The notes under the pieces: model-generated
Seen by the model: only the letters and a program-made list of their open reading frames with translations
What the model was told of the DNA's origin: nothing
Databases searched by the model: none
Virus record (IMG/VR): IMGVR_UViG_3300021964_000026
Location: 38,932 to 102,931 of that record
Length of the DNA stretch: 64,000 nucleotides
DNA from: a virus
Strand: one strand, 5' to 3'
In this document: one piece after another, positions 48,742-59,000 of the stretch
How positions within the stretch are numbered: position 1 is the stretch's first letter
Layout of the letters: every line of letters begins with the position of its first letter
Position numbers and translations under genes: made by a program

Positions 48742-50530
48742 TCAACGCGCCCCCACAAGACCTCTTGATAGCGCGAACCACATCGTGCGTAGTGTTAAAG
48801 GATTTCGCAATGACACCCCAATCACCAAGCGACATAGCAATCGCGCGAGCAGTTGCGCTGGATACGCCGACTTCGTTGCTTAATCGTTGCATATCGTATG
48901 CATCCAACGGGTCGTATTTCACTATCAAAGAGCCACCAGCATCGTGCAACTGCACACGCTCCATGATGTTCGCGATAACACCCATTGGGTCGTCATCGGA
49001 GAATTGAAAATCGCTGGGGTCAAAAAAAGGATTGAAGTTTGGATTCGCGAAAAAGCCCGGTTGAGTTTGAGGTGTTATCGGCATGTCATCGCCGATGACC
49101 TCCTGTGTGGTGTCAATCGCTGGTGGCGCGCTCATCGGCTCTTCGGGCATAACAGGCGCAACAGGTCGGTCATCACCAAGCGCACCTCCACTCAAATGCG
49201 CGGGGAACTCATCATATCGGTGGTCTGTTCCCTGCTCCACGCCTTGACGCAATGAGTGTCCTGTGTCAGCCATACCTAACGCTTCCATGTCAAGTTGCTT
49301 TCCACCCGATTGAAGTGCAACATCGCGCCAACCGCTGACGACCGAACCGGGTGCTGTTTGATACATTGAAAATTGATTGGGGTTGACGCCTAATTGCTCG
49401 GCTGTTTTCATCATCGCCAAGATTTCAATTGCCGCGGTGTTGCGTCCTTTGTCGCCTCCGCGCACCATCGGTGCAACATGGTCGCGGTGGTTTCGGAACA
49501 TCGCGTGAACTTCATCGTTGGTGTCAATTTGTAGTCCGGCTCGTAAGTTTCTCATCACTTTACGCAATCCTGTGGCCGCACCGTCTTTTCCTCGTCCGTA
49601 AAGCAGTTGATTGACAGGCGCGCGAGCCATTTGACGAGCCGTCTCTTGACTGTATCCGTTGTCTTGGAGTTGACGCATCACTTTGCTGGACATGCCGCCG
49701 CTGGCCGAAGGCACGAAAAAGTCGCTGGGGAGGATGGACACGATGTCCATTGGTGAAATCCGACCGTATGCCGCGCTTTGCTCGTGTAGGTCTTTGTGGT
49801 GAGAAGGAAACTTCGTGTTGTCTCGCGAAGTCGGGTCTTTGTCGTTTGAAGTGTAGCGGTGGGTCACACCGTTGGTGATTTGTTGAGGCTCAACGACATT
49901 TTGTTGCGCGCCTATGGTGGTTTCCAAACCAATTGCTTTCGCTTCGTCTTGGATTTCTTTGGCGGCATGTAAAGCGGCTGACTCAAGGTGTTGTCCGAGT
50001 TCGGGGTGCGTCTCGTTTCGTGCGTGGTTGTTGATGAGTTTGCCGTCGCTGGTTCTCACCTTTCGCTGTGCAGTAGGAATGCGCTTGTGTTCATGACCGC
50101 CGTAGTGGTTGTTTTTGTAGTCGGGATGAAGTGAACCATCATCGCCGAAAGGTGTAGGGAGGATGTGAAAGTCATCACCGTTCTGCCGTTTGATAGCGTT
50201 GAAGCGTTTTGTAGCGCGATTGATGAGGTCTTTCGCGGTTTTCAACGCAGACCCCTCCGATGAAGGTTTCATGCGAACACCGCCTTCACCGGTGTAGCCA
50301 CTTTCCATCAATTCACGCGCCATGATACGAGCCGCGATGTCCATTGGGAACAGACCCAACAACCCCGATTCAATCAGTTCGTTAAACGGCTTACCTGTGC
50401 GCGAATTGATGTGAAAATGTGAAAGCGATTCGTGGTCGGAATCAGCCGAGGGAAACGATTGGTCTTCCAATTTGCCTGTTTCGGGATTGAGATACCACAC
50501 ACCCTTACCCTTGAGAATAATATCGCTCAT
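48734..50530 (-). CDS. Hypothetical protein (598 aa), possible internal virion protein
   Basis: Long coupled ORF beginning MSDIILK-G. Confidence 0.75.
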   Translation of the reverse strand: MSDIILKGKGVWYLNPETGKLEDQSFPSADSDHESLSHFHINSRTGKPFNELIESGLLGLFPMDIAARIMARELMESGYTGEGGVRMKPSSEGSALKTAKDLINRATKRFNAIKRQNGDDFHILPTPFGDDGSLHPDYKNNHYGGHEHKRIPTAQRKVRTSDGKLINNHARNETHPELGQHLESAALHAAKEIQDEAKAIGLETTIGAQQNVVEPQQITNGVTHRYTSNDKDPTSRDNTKFPSHHKDLHEQSAAYGRISPMDIVSILPSDFFVPSASGGMSSKVMRQLQDNGYSQETARQMARAPVNQLLYGRGKDGAATGLRKVMRNLRAGLQIDTNDEVHAMFRNHRDHVAPMVRGGDKGRNTAAIEILAMMKTAEQLGVNPNQFSMYQTAPGSVVSGWRDVALQSGGKQLDMEALGMADTGHSLRQGVEQGTDHRYDEFPAHLSGGALGDDRPVAPVMPEEPMSAPPAIDTTQEVIGDDMPITPQTQPGFFANPNFNPFFDPSDFQFSDDDPMGVIANIMERVQLHDAGGSLIVKYDPLDAYDMQRLSNEVGVSSATARAIAMSLGDWGVIAKSFNTTHDVVRAIKRSCGGALNG

Positions 50531-51789
50531 CCAAGACCACCTCGCCTCACATATAGGTCGTAGGGGTGCGCTCCCCAGCGTGTCGCGTCATCATCGGGGT
50601 CAGTCTCCGTCGCACCTGTGGGTGCAGAAGTCAAGCCACCCGACGCGTTATCGGTCGCACCTTCGGTCGCACCCTGCATGGATTTGTCCTCTTTGCGCAT
50701 CATGCGTCGCAACAAATGATTGAGTTGGTCAATGAGTTGACGGTATTCAATACGGTCGCGAGGCGAAATGCGGTTAGTCAGTTTAACACGCTGTGCGCGC
50801 GCTTTCAAGAACTCTTCGGAGGCGAGAATAGCGTCGCTCGCACCAATGCCGCCAGCACCGCCAGCGAGTGATGTCGCTTCGGACATCATTTTTCCACCGG
50901 GTGTTTTCGCTGTGCGCGGTTGCCGAGTAGCCTTTGAGTGTGGTTTGGAGTCGCGAGAGCCACGAGGCGCGCGGACCTTTCTCGCTTCGGGTGTAACAGT
51001 CGGTGTTTGATAAGGGTCGTCCAGCGGTGGTGATTCAAGTGCTGTTTGTTGACGAAAGTCTTGACCTATGCGCTTTTGCGGGTTTGCATAGTTTGAGCGT
51101 GCTTGTGTTTGTGTGGCAGAAGTCAAACGAGGGAACCCGAAGCGATTTGGTTGTTGGTGTCCGTAGAATCCACCGAACGAACGAAACGGTGCTGAACCAG
51201 CCATCATCGGTGTAATTGCGGCTGTTCGTCGTCTTGGGCCAACGCGATATTGCTTACTTTTTTTGCCTTTACCCTTCGTTTGAGTTTCGGTGGTTTCTAT
51301 TTTCCCTTTCTTCCGCCTACCTTTCTTGGCGCGTTGCCTCGCCATCACCGTATCAATGGTGGTGGTTTTCTTCGGTTTTTCATCATCAAACTTCGGTTCG
51401 CGTTTTTTGCGAATCATTTCAAACGCTTCATCAATAAATGGAGCGGTGGACATCAACATGTTCATCCCCATGCCGCTTGCGCGAGGGTTTGCGCCGTCAA
51501 TTGCTTCGCTTTGACCGACCTGCCCTGTGAGTTGGCTCAATTCAGCCTGTTGCTTCACTTGACTGTCTTCTTCGTCATTGGGATTCTTTTGCGGGATTTT
51601 GATTTTCATGTGTTGCAATCCCTGCAATTTATGAGCGCGCTGTTCTTGTTCTTCACGCTTCTTCGCATCGTGTCGTGCGCGCTCATCGGAGTCTTCACGA
51701 CCCACTTGGGAATCACCTTGCAATTCTTCCGCGCTTTCGCGTGGGTTGAAACGCATACCAGCGGTGCTTCCTTCGGGTCCACCGACCAT
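50527..51789 (-). CDS. Basic low-complexity protein (420 aa)
   Basis: K/R-rich core (RQRAKKGRRKKGK); coupled ORF. Confidence 0.75.
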   Translation of the reverse strand: MVGGPEGSTAGMRFNPRESAEELQGDSQVGREDSDERARHDAKKREEQEQRAHKLQGLQHMKIKIPQKNPNDEEDSQVKQQAELSQLTGQVGQSEAIDGANPRASGMGMNMLMSTAPFIDEAFEMIRKKREPKFDDEKPKKTTTIDTVMARQRAKKGRRKKGKIETTETQTKGKGKKSKQYRVGPRRRTAAITPMMAGSAPFRSFGGFYGHQQPNRFGFPRLTSATQTQARSNYANPQKRIGQDFRQQTALESPPLDDPYQTPTVTPEARKVRAPRGSRDSKPHSKATRQPRTAKTPGGKMMSEATSLAGGAGGIGASDAILASEEFLKARAQRVKLTNRISPRDRIEYRQLIDQLNHLLRRMMRKEDKSMQGATEGATDNASGGLTSAPTGATETDPDDDATRWGAHPYDLYVRRGGLG

Positions 51790-52457
51790 CAGTCTTCACC
51801 ACCCATGAGTTTTCCACGAAGTCGCGCCCACACTTCGGGACTCTCTTTCGCCAATTCAACCTTGAGAATGTTGATGGTTTGAGCGTTCATGGTTTCGTTG
51901 GTTGTTCCAGCCGCGCGCTCTTGAACGCGCATGATGTCTTTTACCGTCTCACGCACCTCTTTGTGAAGTGAAACGATGTTGCGCACATATTGAGGGTCGT
52001 TGCGGTCAGCGTCGTCAAGAAAATGTCCCAATTCGCCGTTAATTCGCGATAGGTTGTTGCGCAAAGCATTCATTTCATGCCCTGCTTCAACGATGATAAG
52101 GTCTGCCGCACCCTTTTGCACAACGGGTTTGAGGTGGTGCTTGAGGTGATGATAAATGCTGGATTCGGGCATTTGGATGTCCAAAGCGATTTCTTCGGCG
52201 GTCATTGACGCGTTGAAGTAGGCCATTTCCAACTCTTCGCGCTTAATAGACACACAAAAACCGCATTCGCTGTTGCTCCCCATGTGATATTCGCCCATGT
52301 GGTTGCGAAAATGACGGTCAGCCGTTCCTTCGCGCCAACCTTTGTCTTTGTCCAACTGTTTTGCGATAATGATGCCATGTGTCATCATTTCCTCAAGACC
52401 GTCGCGTTCCGAGTCTTGACAAAACTTGCAAGACGCTCGCGTTATACGCTCCGCCAT
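51789..52457 (-). CDS. Tandem Zn-HTH plus coiled-coil protein; terminase small subunit candidate (222 aa)
   Basis: Two repeats CxxC-(HTH)-HxxxH (CKFC...RHFRNH; CGFC...HHLKHH) followed by oligomerisation-like helices; upstream of terL. Confidence 0.55.
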   Translation of the reverse strand: MAERITRASCKFCQDSERDGLEEMMTHGIIIAKQLDKDKGWREGTADRHFRNHMGEYHMGSNSECGFCVSIKREELEMAYFNASMTAEEIALDIQMPESSIYHHLKHHLKPVVQKGAADLIIVEAGHEMNALRNNLSRINGELGHFLDDADRNDPQYVRNIVSLHKEVRETVKDIMRVQERAAGTTNETMNAQTINILKVELAKESPEVWARLRGKLMGGED

Positions 52458-52494
52458 AGCAAACTCCAAGTAGCCGTAGCAAAAGAGTGTTTCC

Positions 52495-52833
52495 ATGCGA
52501 AAGCGGCTCGGTCGTGCGCCTAAAGTTGCGGGTGTTCCACTCACCGTGGACACAGCGAGAAGCCTTTCGCGGGCGGCATTGGACATCATCGCCAACAACA
52601 AAGCATCATTGAGTGAGCGAGAACGCCGAATGAACATTTGTCGCGCATGTCCCGACCGAAATCACGACCGTTGCGGTCTTTGTGGTTGTTTCATCAAAAC
52701 GAAAACCATTCTCAACAGTAGCGAATGTCCCGTCGGAAAATGGTCAACCCTGTTGACCGAGACGGCGGTAGACGATGCCGGTCGCGCTAAAACAAACGAA
52801 AAGCGCGCCGATAATCCAAGTGAGCGTGTTTGA
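52495..52833 (+). CDS. Cys-rich small viral protein (DUF6171-like)
   Basis: RRMNICRACP...RCGLCGCFIKTKT...CPVGKW is a recurrent phage motif; the only convincing plus-strand gene inside the late region. Confidence 0.7.
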   Translation: MRKRLGRAPKVAGVPLTVDTARSLSRAALDIIANNKASLSERERRMNICRACPDRNHDRCGLCGCFIKTKTILNSSECPVGKWSTLLTETAVDDAGRAKTNEKRADNPSERV

Positions 52834-52977
52834 ATCCATTTTTGGACCGGAAAACACCAACAACATGAAGCAACCCAGCGTTAGCGAGATGAGTTGCACC
52901 ATTATCATGTCAACAACAACGGATTTGCGCAAATTGGTCATATCGCTAACAGCACCAAAGAGTGTAGTCATGTCCAT
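52744..52977 (-). CDS. Small two-TM membrane protein (77 aa), holin-like topology
   Basis: Two hydrophobic segments and basic C-terminus (YRRLGQQG). Confidence 0.65.
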   Translation of the reverse strand: MDMTTLFGAVSDMTNLRKSVVVDMIMVQLISLTLGCFMLLVFSGPKMDSNTLTWIIGALFVCFSATGIVYRRLGQQG

Positions 52978-52981
52978 GTTA

Positions 52982-53554
52982 TCACCGCCCCGTCATCACC
53001 GAGCGAAGGAATGAACCAGCACCTTGACCCACGCTTTGCACCATACCGGGGTCTGCGAGCGCGCTATCCAGCATACCTTGCATAGTTGATTGATTCGCGA
53101 TAGCGACTATTTGCTGGAATTGCATGTTCATTTGCTGAACATTGTTGGAGGCCGCGTTGAGGATTTGCGTTTGGGTCATGGTCACGCTATCACCCGTTGG
53201 CAAACCCTGCACGCCGCTAAAATCAAAGGTAAAACCGTCGTCTGCCTCTTTGATTTTGGCGTTCGCGAGCATTTGATGCACCGAAACCGCGACCACATTG
53301 CTGATGAGGCCGATAAGCATGTTCAAGTTCGCACCGTTGTTGTCCGATAGCCACTTATCAATGAGCGGGTTGGTGGTTATCATCATGGATAGGATGTCCA
53401 TTTCGCTCGGTGGGGGTGGGGGTGCGTAGGGATTGTAGCCGCCACCCGCGCTCATGGTTCCCATTTGAGGCACTTGTTGTTGTCCATTCGGCAATCCGAG
53501 GTTCAACGCACCCGGATTTTGTGCAGGTTGTTGGTTATTTGACCACCATGCCAT
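52982..53554 (-). CDS. Q/N/M-rich protein with poly-Pro stretch (190 aa)
   Basis: GAGGTGG RBS; YAPPPPP; amphipathic helices. Confidence 0.75.
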   Translation of the reverse strand: MAWWSNNQQPAQNPGALNLGLPNGQQQVPQMGTMSAGGGYNPYAPPPPPSEMDILSMMITTNPLIDKWLSDNNGANLNMLIGLISNVVAVSVHQMLANAKIKEADDGFTFDFSGVQGLPTGDSVTMTQTQILNAASNNVQQMNMQFQQIVAIANQSTMQGMLDSALADPGMVQSVGQGAGSFLRSVMTGR

Positions 53555-53563
53555 GATACCACC

Positions 53564-54445
53564 TCACGCGCTACCCTCATTTTGTTGTTGCGGTAGAGGG
53601 AGAGGTGCGCTTTGTTGTTGCATTTGATGCATCGCGAGTGCGTCATGAAGCAGTTTTGTGTTGTTCCCCGCTTGGAATTGACGCATATCAAACACAATCA
53701 TCACCAAATCGTTCATTCCCGTCGCGGAATTGGTGAAATGCGTGATGGGAATGTTGTCTTGTTTCAACATCGCGAAGAATTGTTCGTATTTTGCAAGGAT
53801 TGGCGGCGTATTATCCTTCTTTTTGATGCTGTTGACAGGCACAGCAACGACTGAAACACCCTTTTTCAACTTGGCTTTGAGGGTTCCGCCACTCGCTTCT
53901 TCCTCCGCTTCATCCTCTTTTTCCCATTTTGTAAGCAAATGATACAGGTGAAGGTGTTCCGGGCAGTAAGTTGCGCGCATTCTACGACCGCTTGTGACCT
54001 TTTCTCGCGCTACGAAGGCTTCAATCTCGCCTGTGACCGGGTTTTTGAAGTAAATGTCCCACAGCGATTTACCGTTTTCTTCGTCAATAATTTGCTCGTA
54101 GATGTTGCCAGCCATGCGTAGAAGGTATTCAACATCGCATCCATCCACGCAACAGCGCATTGTGTTGGTGTTGTAGCGATATTTGCCACCCCAAGCGCGT
54201 TTTGGAGAGAAAATAGACCGTTTTGTTGGCGTAAGCAACTTGTAAGCCTGTTTAATGTCCTTTCTACGCGCTTTTTTGAGGTTTGAGTGCTGTGAAGGGA
54301 AGAAATTGACCTGCGGAACCTCAATGTGGTCGCTCGCGTTGGTCATCGCGGCCTGTGCAGAAGCCTGTTGTTGCATCTGCGCGAGGCTCATTTGAGTCTG
54401 TGCGGCAAGCCGCAGTAGGTCGTTTTGGGGTGTATTTCCAAGCAT
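53564..54445 (-). CDS. Putative Zn-binding protein with Q-rich termini (293 aa)
   Basis: CCVDGC...YCPEH; directly downstream of GTPase. Confidence 0.75.
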   Translation of the reverse strand: MLGNTPQNDLLRLAAQTQMSLAQMQQQASAQAAMTNASDHIEVPQVNFFPSQHSNLKKARRKDIKQAYKLLTPTKRSIFSPKRAWGGKYRYNTNTMRCCVDGCDVEYLLRMAGNIYEQIIDEENGKSLWDIYFKNPVTGEIEAFVAREKVTSGRRMRATYCPEHLHLYHLLTKWEKEDEAEEEASGGTLKAKLKKGVSVVAVPVNSIKKKDNTPPILAKYEQFFAMLKQDNIPITHFTNSATGMNDLVMIVFDMRQFQAGNNTKLLHDALAMHQMQQQSAPLPLPQQQNEGSA

Positions 54446-54449
54446 TTTA

Positions 54450-55172
54450 TCACCAACTTAGCATCTCAATCATCGTTTTTTCAACATTCCAGCCAATTTT
54501 CGTCGCCATCATGCTAATGCGACACGGAATACCGGCTTTTTGGAGTCTTCGCATGGCTGGACGGTGTGCGTTGAACACTTTATGCTCTCGCAAACGCCCG
54601 GATTGCCACAAAATGTTCGCATTATCGTCCCACCACTCGTCTGCTTTGTTCGCGACAAGCCAAATCTGCTTCGGAGCGTAGCGTTTTCCCTTCAAACGGG
54701 ACTTCAAAGAGCGATAATTCCACCTTTTTTCAATCAGCGCGTCTACGAGGTATTCAAAACCACCCACAGCGTCAATCACCTGCGCTCCGTTGCCTTTCAA
54801 AACGCGAGTATCGGTCATGAAAATGACGATTTCCACCTGTCGGTCCACCATATCGTCAATCCACAGGTTCCAAAAGCGTTGCTGACCGCCAATATCGGAG
54901 GAATGAACGACTCTTTTCTCACCTTTCCAGCGAACACGCTTGCGCGTTGCCTTCGGAAGCACATATCCGCCTCCTAAAAGCCGTTTCGCGTGCATGGTGC
55001 GCTCTTCAATGTCGTCCATTTCGCCCGGAGTGCGCATAAACAAGTCAAGCGTCGTTTTTCCGACCTGTGTTGGTCCGTAAACGCCGATTCTGCGCGGTTT
55101 GACGAAGTTGTAGAGTTCACGACCGTAAACGACCGCGCCCATCAACGCGCTACCAGCGAATGTTGCGACCAT
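54450..55172 (-). CDS. Arf-like small GTPase with N-terminal hydrophobic helix (240 aa)
   Basis: G1 GPTQVGKTT, G3 DIGGQQRFWNLW, IFMTD, G4 ANKAD, G5-like MATKIG; ATG 55172 in TGATG overlap. Confidence 0.85.
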   Translation of the reverse strand: MVATFAGSALMGAVVYGRELYNFVKPRRIGVYGPTQVGKTTLDLFMRTPGEMDDIEERTMHAKRLLGGGYVLPKATRKRVRWKGEKRVVHSSDIGGQQRFWNLWIDDMVDRQVEIVIFMTDTRVLKGNGAQVIDAVGGFEYLVDALIEKRWNYRSLKSRLKGKRYAPKQIWLVANKADEWWDDNANILWQSGRLREHKVFNAHRPAMRRLQKAGIPCRISMMATKIGWNVEKTMIEMLSW

Positions 55173-55417
55173 CAGCCCACCCAATCACGAACTTTGTTGT
55201 AAAACCACTCAACGGTGTTCTCCCAAATGCTCACATCGGCGGTTGTTTCAAACCAAGAAACACTCAAACCACTCGCGACGCCAACAATGATGCACAAAAT
55301 CAAGGCTCTTCCACGCTCGTAGTAGGTGTCAAGCGTGTTTTGCGTGTGCAAAGCGCGTAGTGTAGCCTCCGTCGCATCATCACCCGGCGTTTTGAAGAGC
55401 CAACCCAACGCTATCAC
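55172..55417 (-). CDS. Small single-TM membrane protein (~78-81 aa)
   Basis: ALILCIIVGVASGLSVSWF segment; coupled on both sides; may start at TTG 55408. Confidence 0.7.
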   Translation of the reverse strand: MIALGWLFKTPGDDATEATLRALHTQNTLDTYYERGRALILCIIVGVASGLSVSWFETTADVSIWENTVEWFYNKVRDWVG

Positions 55418-55935
55418 TCCTTTTTCTTTGCGTATGTGCCGTCAGCGTTCCTTTTGCGCGTGTCGCCACTACCCAAATTGAGTGATTTTTTGGTTTGAGC
55501 CTTGTGTTGCGGAGCATCCGCTTCCACATCACCGTTCATCAACTTGAGGTATTGCTGAACTTCGGGGTCTTCTTCCAACGCTTCAAGTTGTTTCGCGAAG
55601 GCGACCTCCTGTTTTTTGATTTCCATGTCCATTTGCTTCTGCGCAAAGCGCATTTGTTGATTTTGCATCTGCCGCGTCATGTTTCGTTGCATGTTTGAGA
55701 TGACCGCGCGTTGGTCCATGCCGTCTTGTGCCAGCATTTTGTAAATGAAATACGCCATACCCTGCAAAGTGAACGCGCCCATTGTGTAGGTGATGGCGTT
55801 CGTGTAGGTCGTGTCGTCGTAAAGCCACAGTCTCGCGTCAAAAACTGCGATGGCGCACCCGACAAGGATGCTCACAAATGAAATCAGTCCAAGCACGCGT
55901 AATTCGTCTTTGTTTTGGGGGGTTTGCGGTTGCAT
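55414..55935 (-). CDS. Two-TM membrane protein with cytoplasmic coiled coil (173 aa)
   Basis: AAGGAGG RBS before ATG 55935; two TM segments followed by a Q/M/K-rich heptad region. Confidence 0.75.
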   Translation of the reverse strand: MQPQTPQNKDELRVLGLISFVSILVGCAIAVFDARLWLYDDTTYTNAITYTMGAFTLQGMAYFIYKMLAQDGMDQRAVISNMQRNMTRQMQNQQMRFAQKQMDMEIKKQEVAFAKQLEALEEDPEVQQYLKLMNGDVEADAPQHKAQTKKSLNLGSGDTRKRNADGTYAKKKE

Positions 55936-55992
55936 AACAGAATCCTCCTTACTACGCGACATCGCGTGCGCTACATAAGCGTGTTGATTCAC

Positions 55993-56064
55993 CCTTTTAT
56001 TGATATTTTTATATTATCATTATAACAATAATAACTTATTTCTTATTATAAGAAAAATGTGAGA
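55993..56064. promoter_or_regulatory. Extremely AT-rich intergenic spacer (promoter/terminator or unwinding element)
   Basis: ~70 bp almost devoid of G/C in a ~50% GC genome, directly upstream of the GTPase operon. Confidence 0.5.
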
Positions 56065-59000
56065 TTATTGCGAATCCTCTTCACCCGGTCGCTTTGGTCG
56101 CATTGCTTCCGACATCATCGCGTAAGGCTGGTATGGAGGGAATGCCGCCATCCCTTCTCTCAACTCTCGCCCTGCTTGTAGTTGCTGACCGTATGCAGTT
56201 CGTGGGTTTTGCATCATTTCCGGCATATTCGGGTCCACCGTCGGTCGTCGTATATCTCGTCGTATATCCGCCGCCGTTCCCGCAACAGGAGGTTGTTGTG
56301 GTTGTTGTTGCATTATGCCACCAGCCGCACGCACATCTTGTTCAACTTGTTCATACCCCCTTTGCTTCCGAGCCTGTTCAATTTGATTCGCGGCGTAGTC
56401 GTATCCCATCATTGCGTCGTAGTTGTTTGGTCGGAGTGTTGGGTTCGTTTTGACCATCATGGTGAGCGCGTCATCAATCTGCTTCTGTGTTTCGGGAGGC
56501 AACGCACCAACCGCGTGTGCGGCAGTCAACTCACCGTAGTTGGCAATGCCGTCCTTTTTACCCGCTTCACCTTGAAGAATGCGGTCCATCAATTGCTCGT
56601 ATTCGTAGTTTGGTTGTTCGCGGAACTCCGTCATGCGAACCATCATGTCATACGCGTTTTGGTCCGCTTCGGAAATGTTGACCGGGTTGTTAGCGTTGAT
56701 GAGGTCGCGTAGTTTTGTTTCTTCAAATGAGCGCGAAACGACATCTTCTCCATCCTCGTCTTTCGTTGTTTGATACTTCATCACACCCATCGGTAGTCGC
56801 TGAATGTCATCAAAAGCCAAGTTCGCGCGAACCTTGTCTGCGAAATCACGCGGGCTGATTTTTACAACATTGTCGTATTTGTCACGCTGGTCGCCAGCGG
56901 TTTTGTGACCGAGCGGGATGCGGATGTAGGAATTGAGTTTGACGGCTTCGGCTAATTCCTCCGCCGTCTCAAAGTCTTTGTCTTCAATAATTTGCGCCGC
57001 GTAGTCTTCAAGAATGGTTCGCAGGTTTGAGTTTTCTTGAGTCTTCTGCGCGTAGTTGTTGATGTTCAAATCAGCGGGAATGTTGGGGTGGTCAAGTGCA
57101 TTAAGGTGGCCGTTGATGAAGACTTCCATCGCTTTGTGCTTCACGAAGTCTTGAAACAACTCCGTAATTTGCGCGTTGAGGCTTTTGGTGTAATTGTCGT
57201 TGATAGAACGCATTTGTCCCCTTTCGTTCGGTGTTAGGAAGAAGGCATCAGCGTCTTTGATACTTTTCAGTTTACCCTTCGCTTCATCGCTGAAAGTCAA
57301 TTCTGCTTCCGGCATTTCCAACTCCGAATAGGGAGACAAACCAAACTTGGCGCGCAAATCATTCAACTCTTCACTTGCGATACCGATAGCGCGTTTCATC
57401 ATCATTGGTGTTTTCATACGACCAAGCGCGCGTTGCACCTGTTGGGCTGTTTCGGGGTTGAACTCTTGACCTTTCTTCACACGCTTGAACGCCCTCATTG
57501 CCTTCGGCATGTGTCCGAAAATGCGCTCAACATCATCGGTGGTGATGGGGGACGGCTCGTGATTCGCGCCCGGTTCAAACAATCCTTCCTTCAATTCTTT
57601 TGGTGAGAGATGTCGCCCATGAGCAAATGTCAATGGGTTGTAGAAGCGATAACTCATTGGGAGTTTGTTAGCGAAAATGTCCTTGTAGGTGATGTTGAGT
57701 TTGCCCTCATCATCCATTGGCAACACATCCTTCTCACCGAACTTTACTTTCTTCGGTTTACCCGTTGCAGGGTTGATGATTTTTTCACCTGCCAATTGAC
57801 CACGCGTAAAACTCTCTTCTGCGTAAGACTGCAATTCTTGAAGCAAACCTTGCGCGTAGTGGAAATCATCGTTGTGGACATCACGGAAATCGTCAAGCGG
57901 GATGGCCTGTATTTTTGACACCAACTCTTTGAACTCGTCCGCGATTGATTGGTCTTGAGTTGACTGCACATAGCGCAAACCCATCGCGGTGAGTGTTTTG
58001 ATTCGGCTTTCAATTGAACTCTTGATGTGCGCGTGTTGAGCGGCTTCGTGTGTTCCCGTCATCGGTAGGATGCTTCCAACATCCAGCGTTGGTTTCTCTT
58101 CACCGATGTTGATGTCGCCAACATCCAGCGTTGGTTTCTCTTCACCGATGTTGATGTCGCCAACATCCAATTTAGGTTCGGGTTGAGGGATTGGTTTCCA
58201 TTTGCCATCAACCATTGTCAAACGCGTTGAAGCGTCAACGGCGTTTCGTCCTAAACGCCTACGCGCCTCTTCTCGTTTTCGTGCCGCGGCGTCTATTCCG
58301 CGGCTTCGGTCGCTCACGAACTTCTCGCGACCAATGATGTCGCCGTAGATTTGCATAGCGGGTTTGAGTGGTTTCATGTCATACAATTCTCGCACGAAAT
58401 CCGGCATGTCGTCGGATGTCAGCATGCTGGTCTTCATCGCGAGAAGTTGGTTGGCGTAGTCCATCGCCTGTCCAGCCATACTGCTATGCACATAGTGGTG
58501 ATTCTTACCTTCAATCAACTCACCCGTTTCGCGGTCAATGTAGCCTTCAATGGGTGTCGGGTCTGTTGGGTCAATGATACCGCTACCCAAGCAATGCGAA
58601 CAAAGACCATTCGCGCACCTGCCTGTTTGGGAGTGTTCAGCGGTGTGGTCGCAATCCGGACACGCGAGTTGTTCGTGGTCGTGAGGTTCCATCAATTCAG
58701 CATGAGGGTGGTCATCAAACGATTTGGTCCCATGAGGTCGCAGATGTTGCTTCATGTATTTTTTCATCGCGGCTTCGTTGACACCCATTCCTTTCAATTC
58801 GGGAACATGGTGGGACAAGTAGATGGCCGCTTCATCGGGTGTGACATGCCGGTGGCCGAAGCAAGTGCCACACATCGTAGGTGCGTGGTTTTTGAAATTG
58901 CTCAAGAGATTAAACGCGTCATGAAGTCCTTGTTTGATTTTTTCTTCCGAGCCGCGCGTAAAGTGAGAGTTCTGCTCCCGTCGTGCGGCTTCTTCTTCGG

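Noticed and set aside
58076-58169. Tandem repeats as CRISPR array or DGR template/variable repeat
   Set aside because: Contiguous in-frame coding repeats without spacers; no cas or reverse transcriptase gene in the window.
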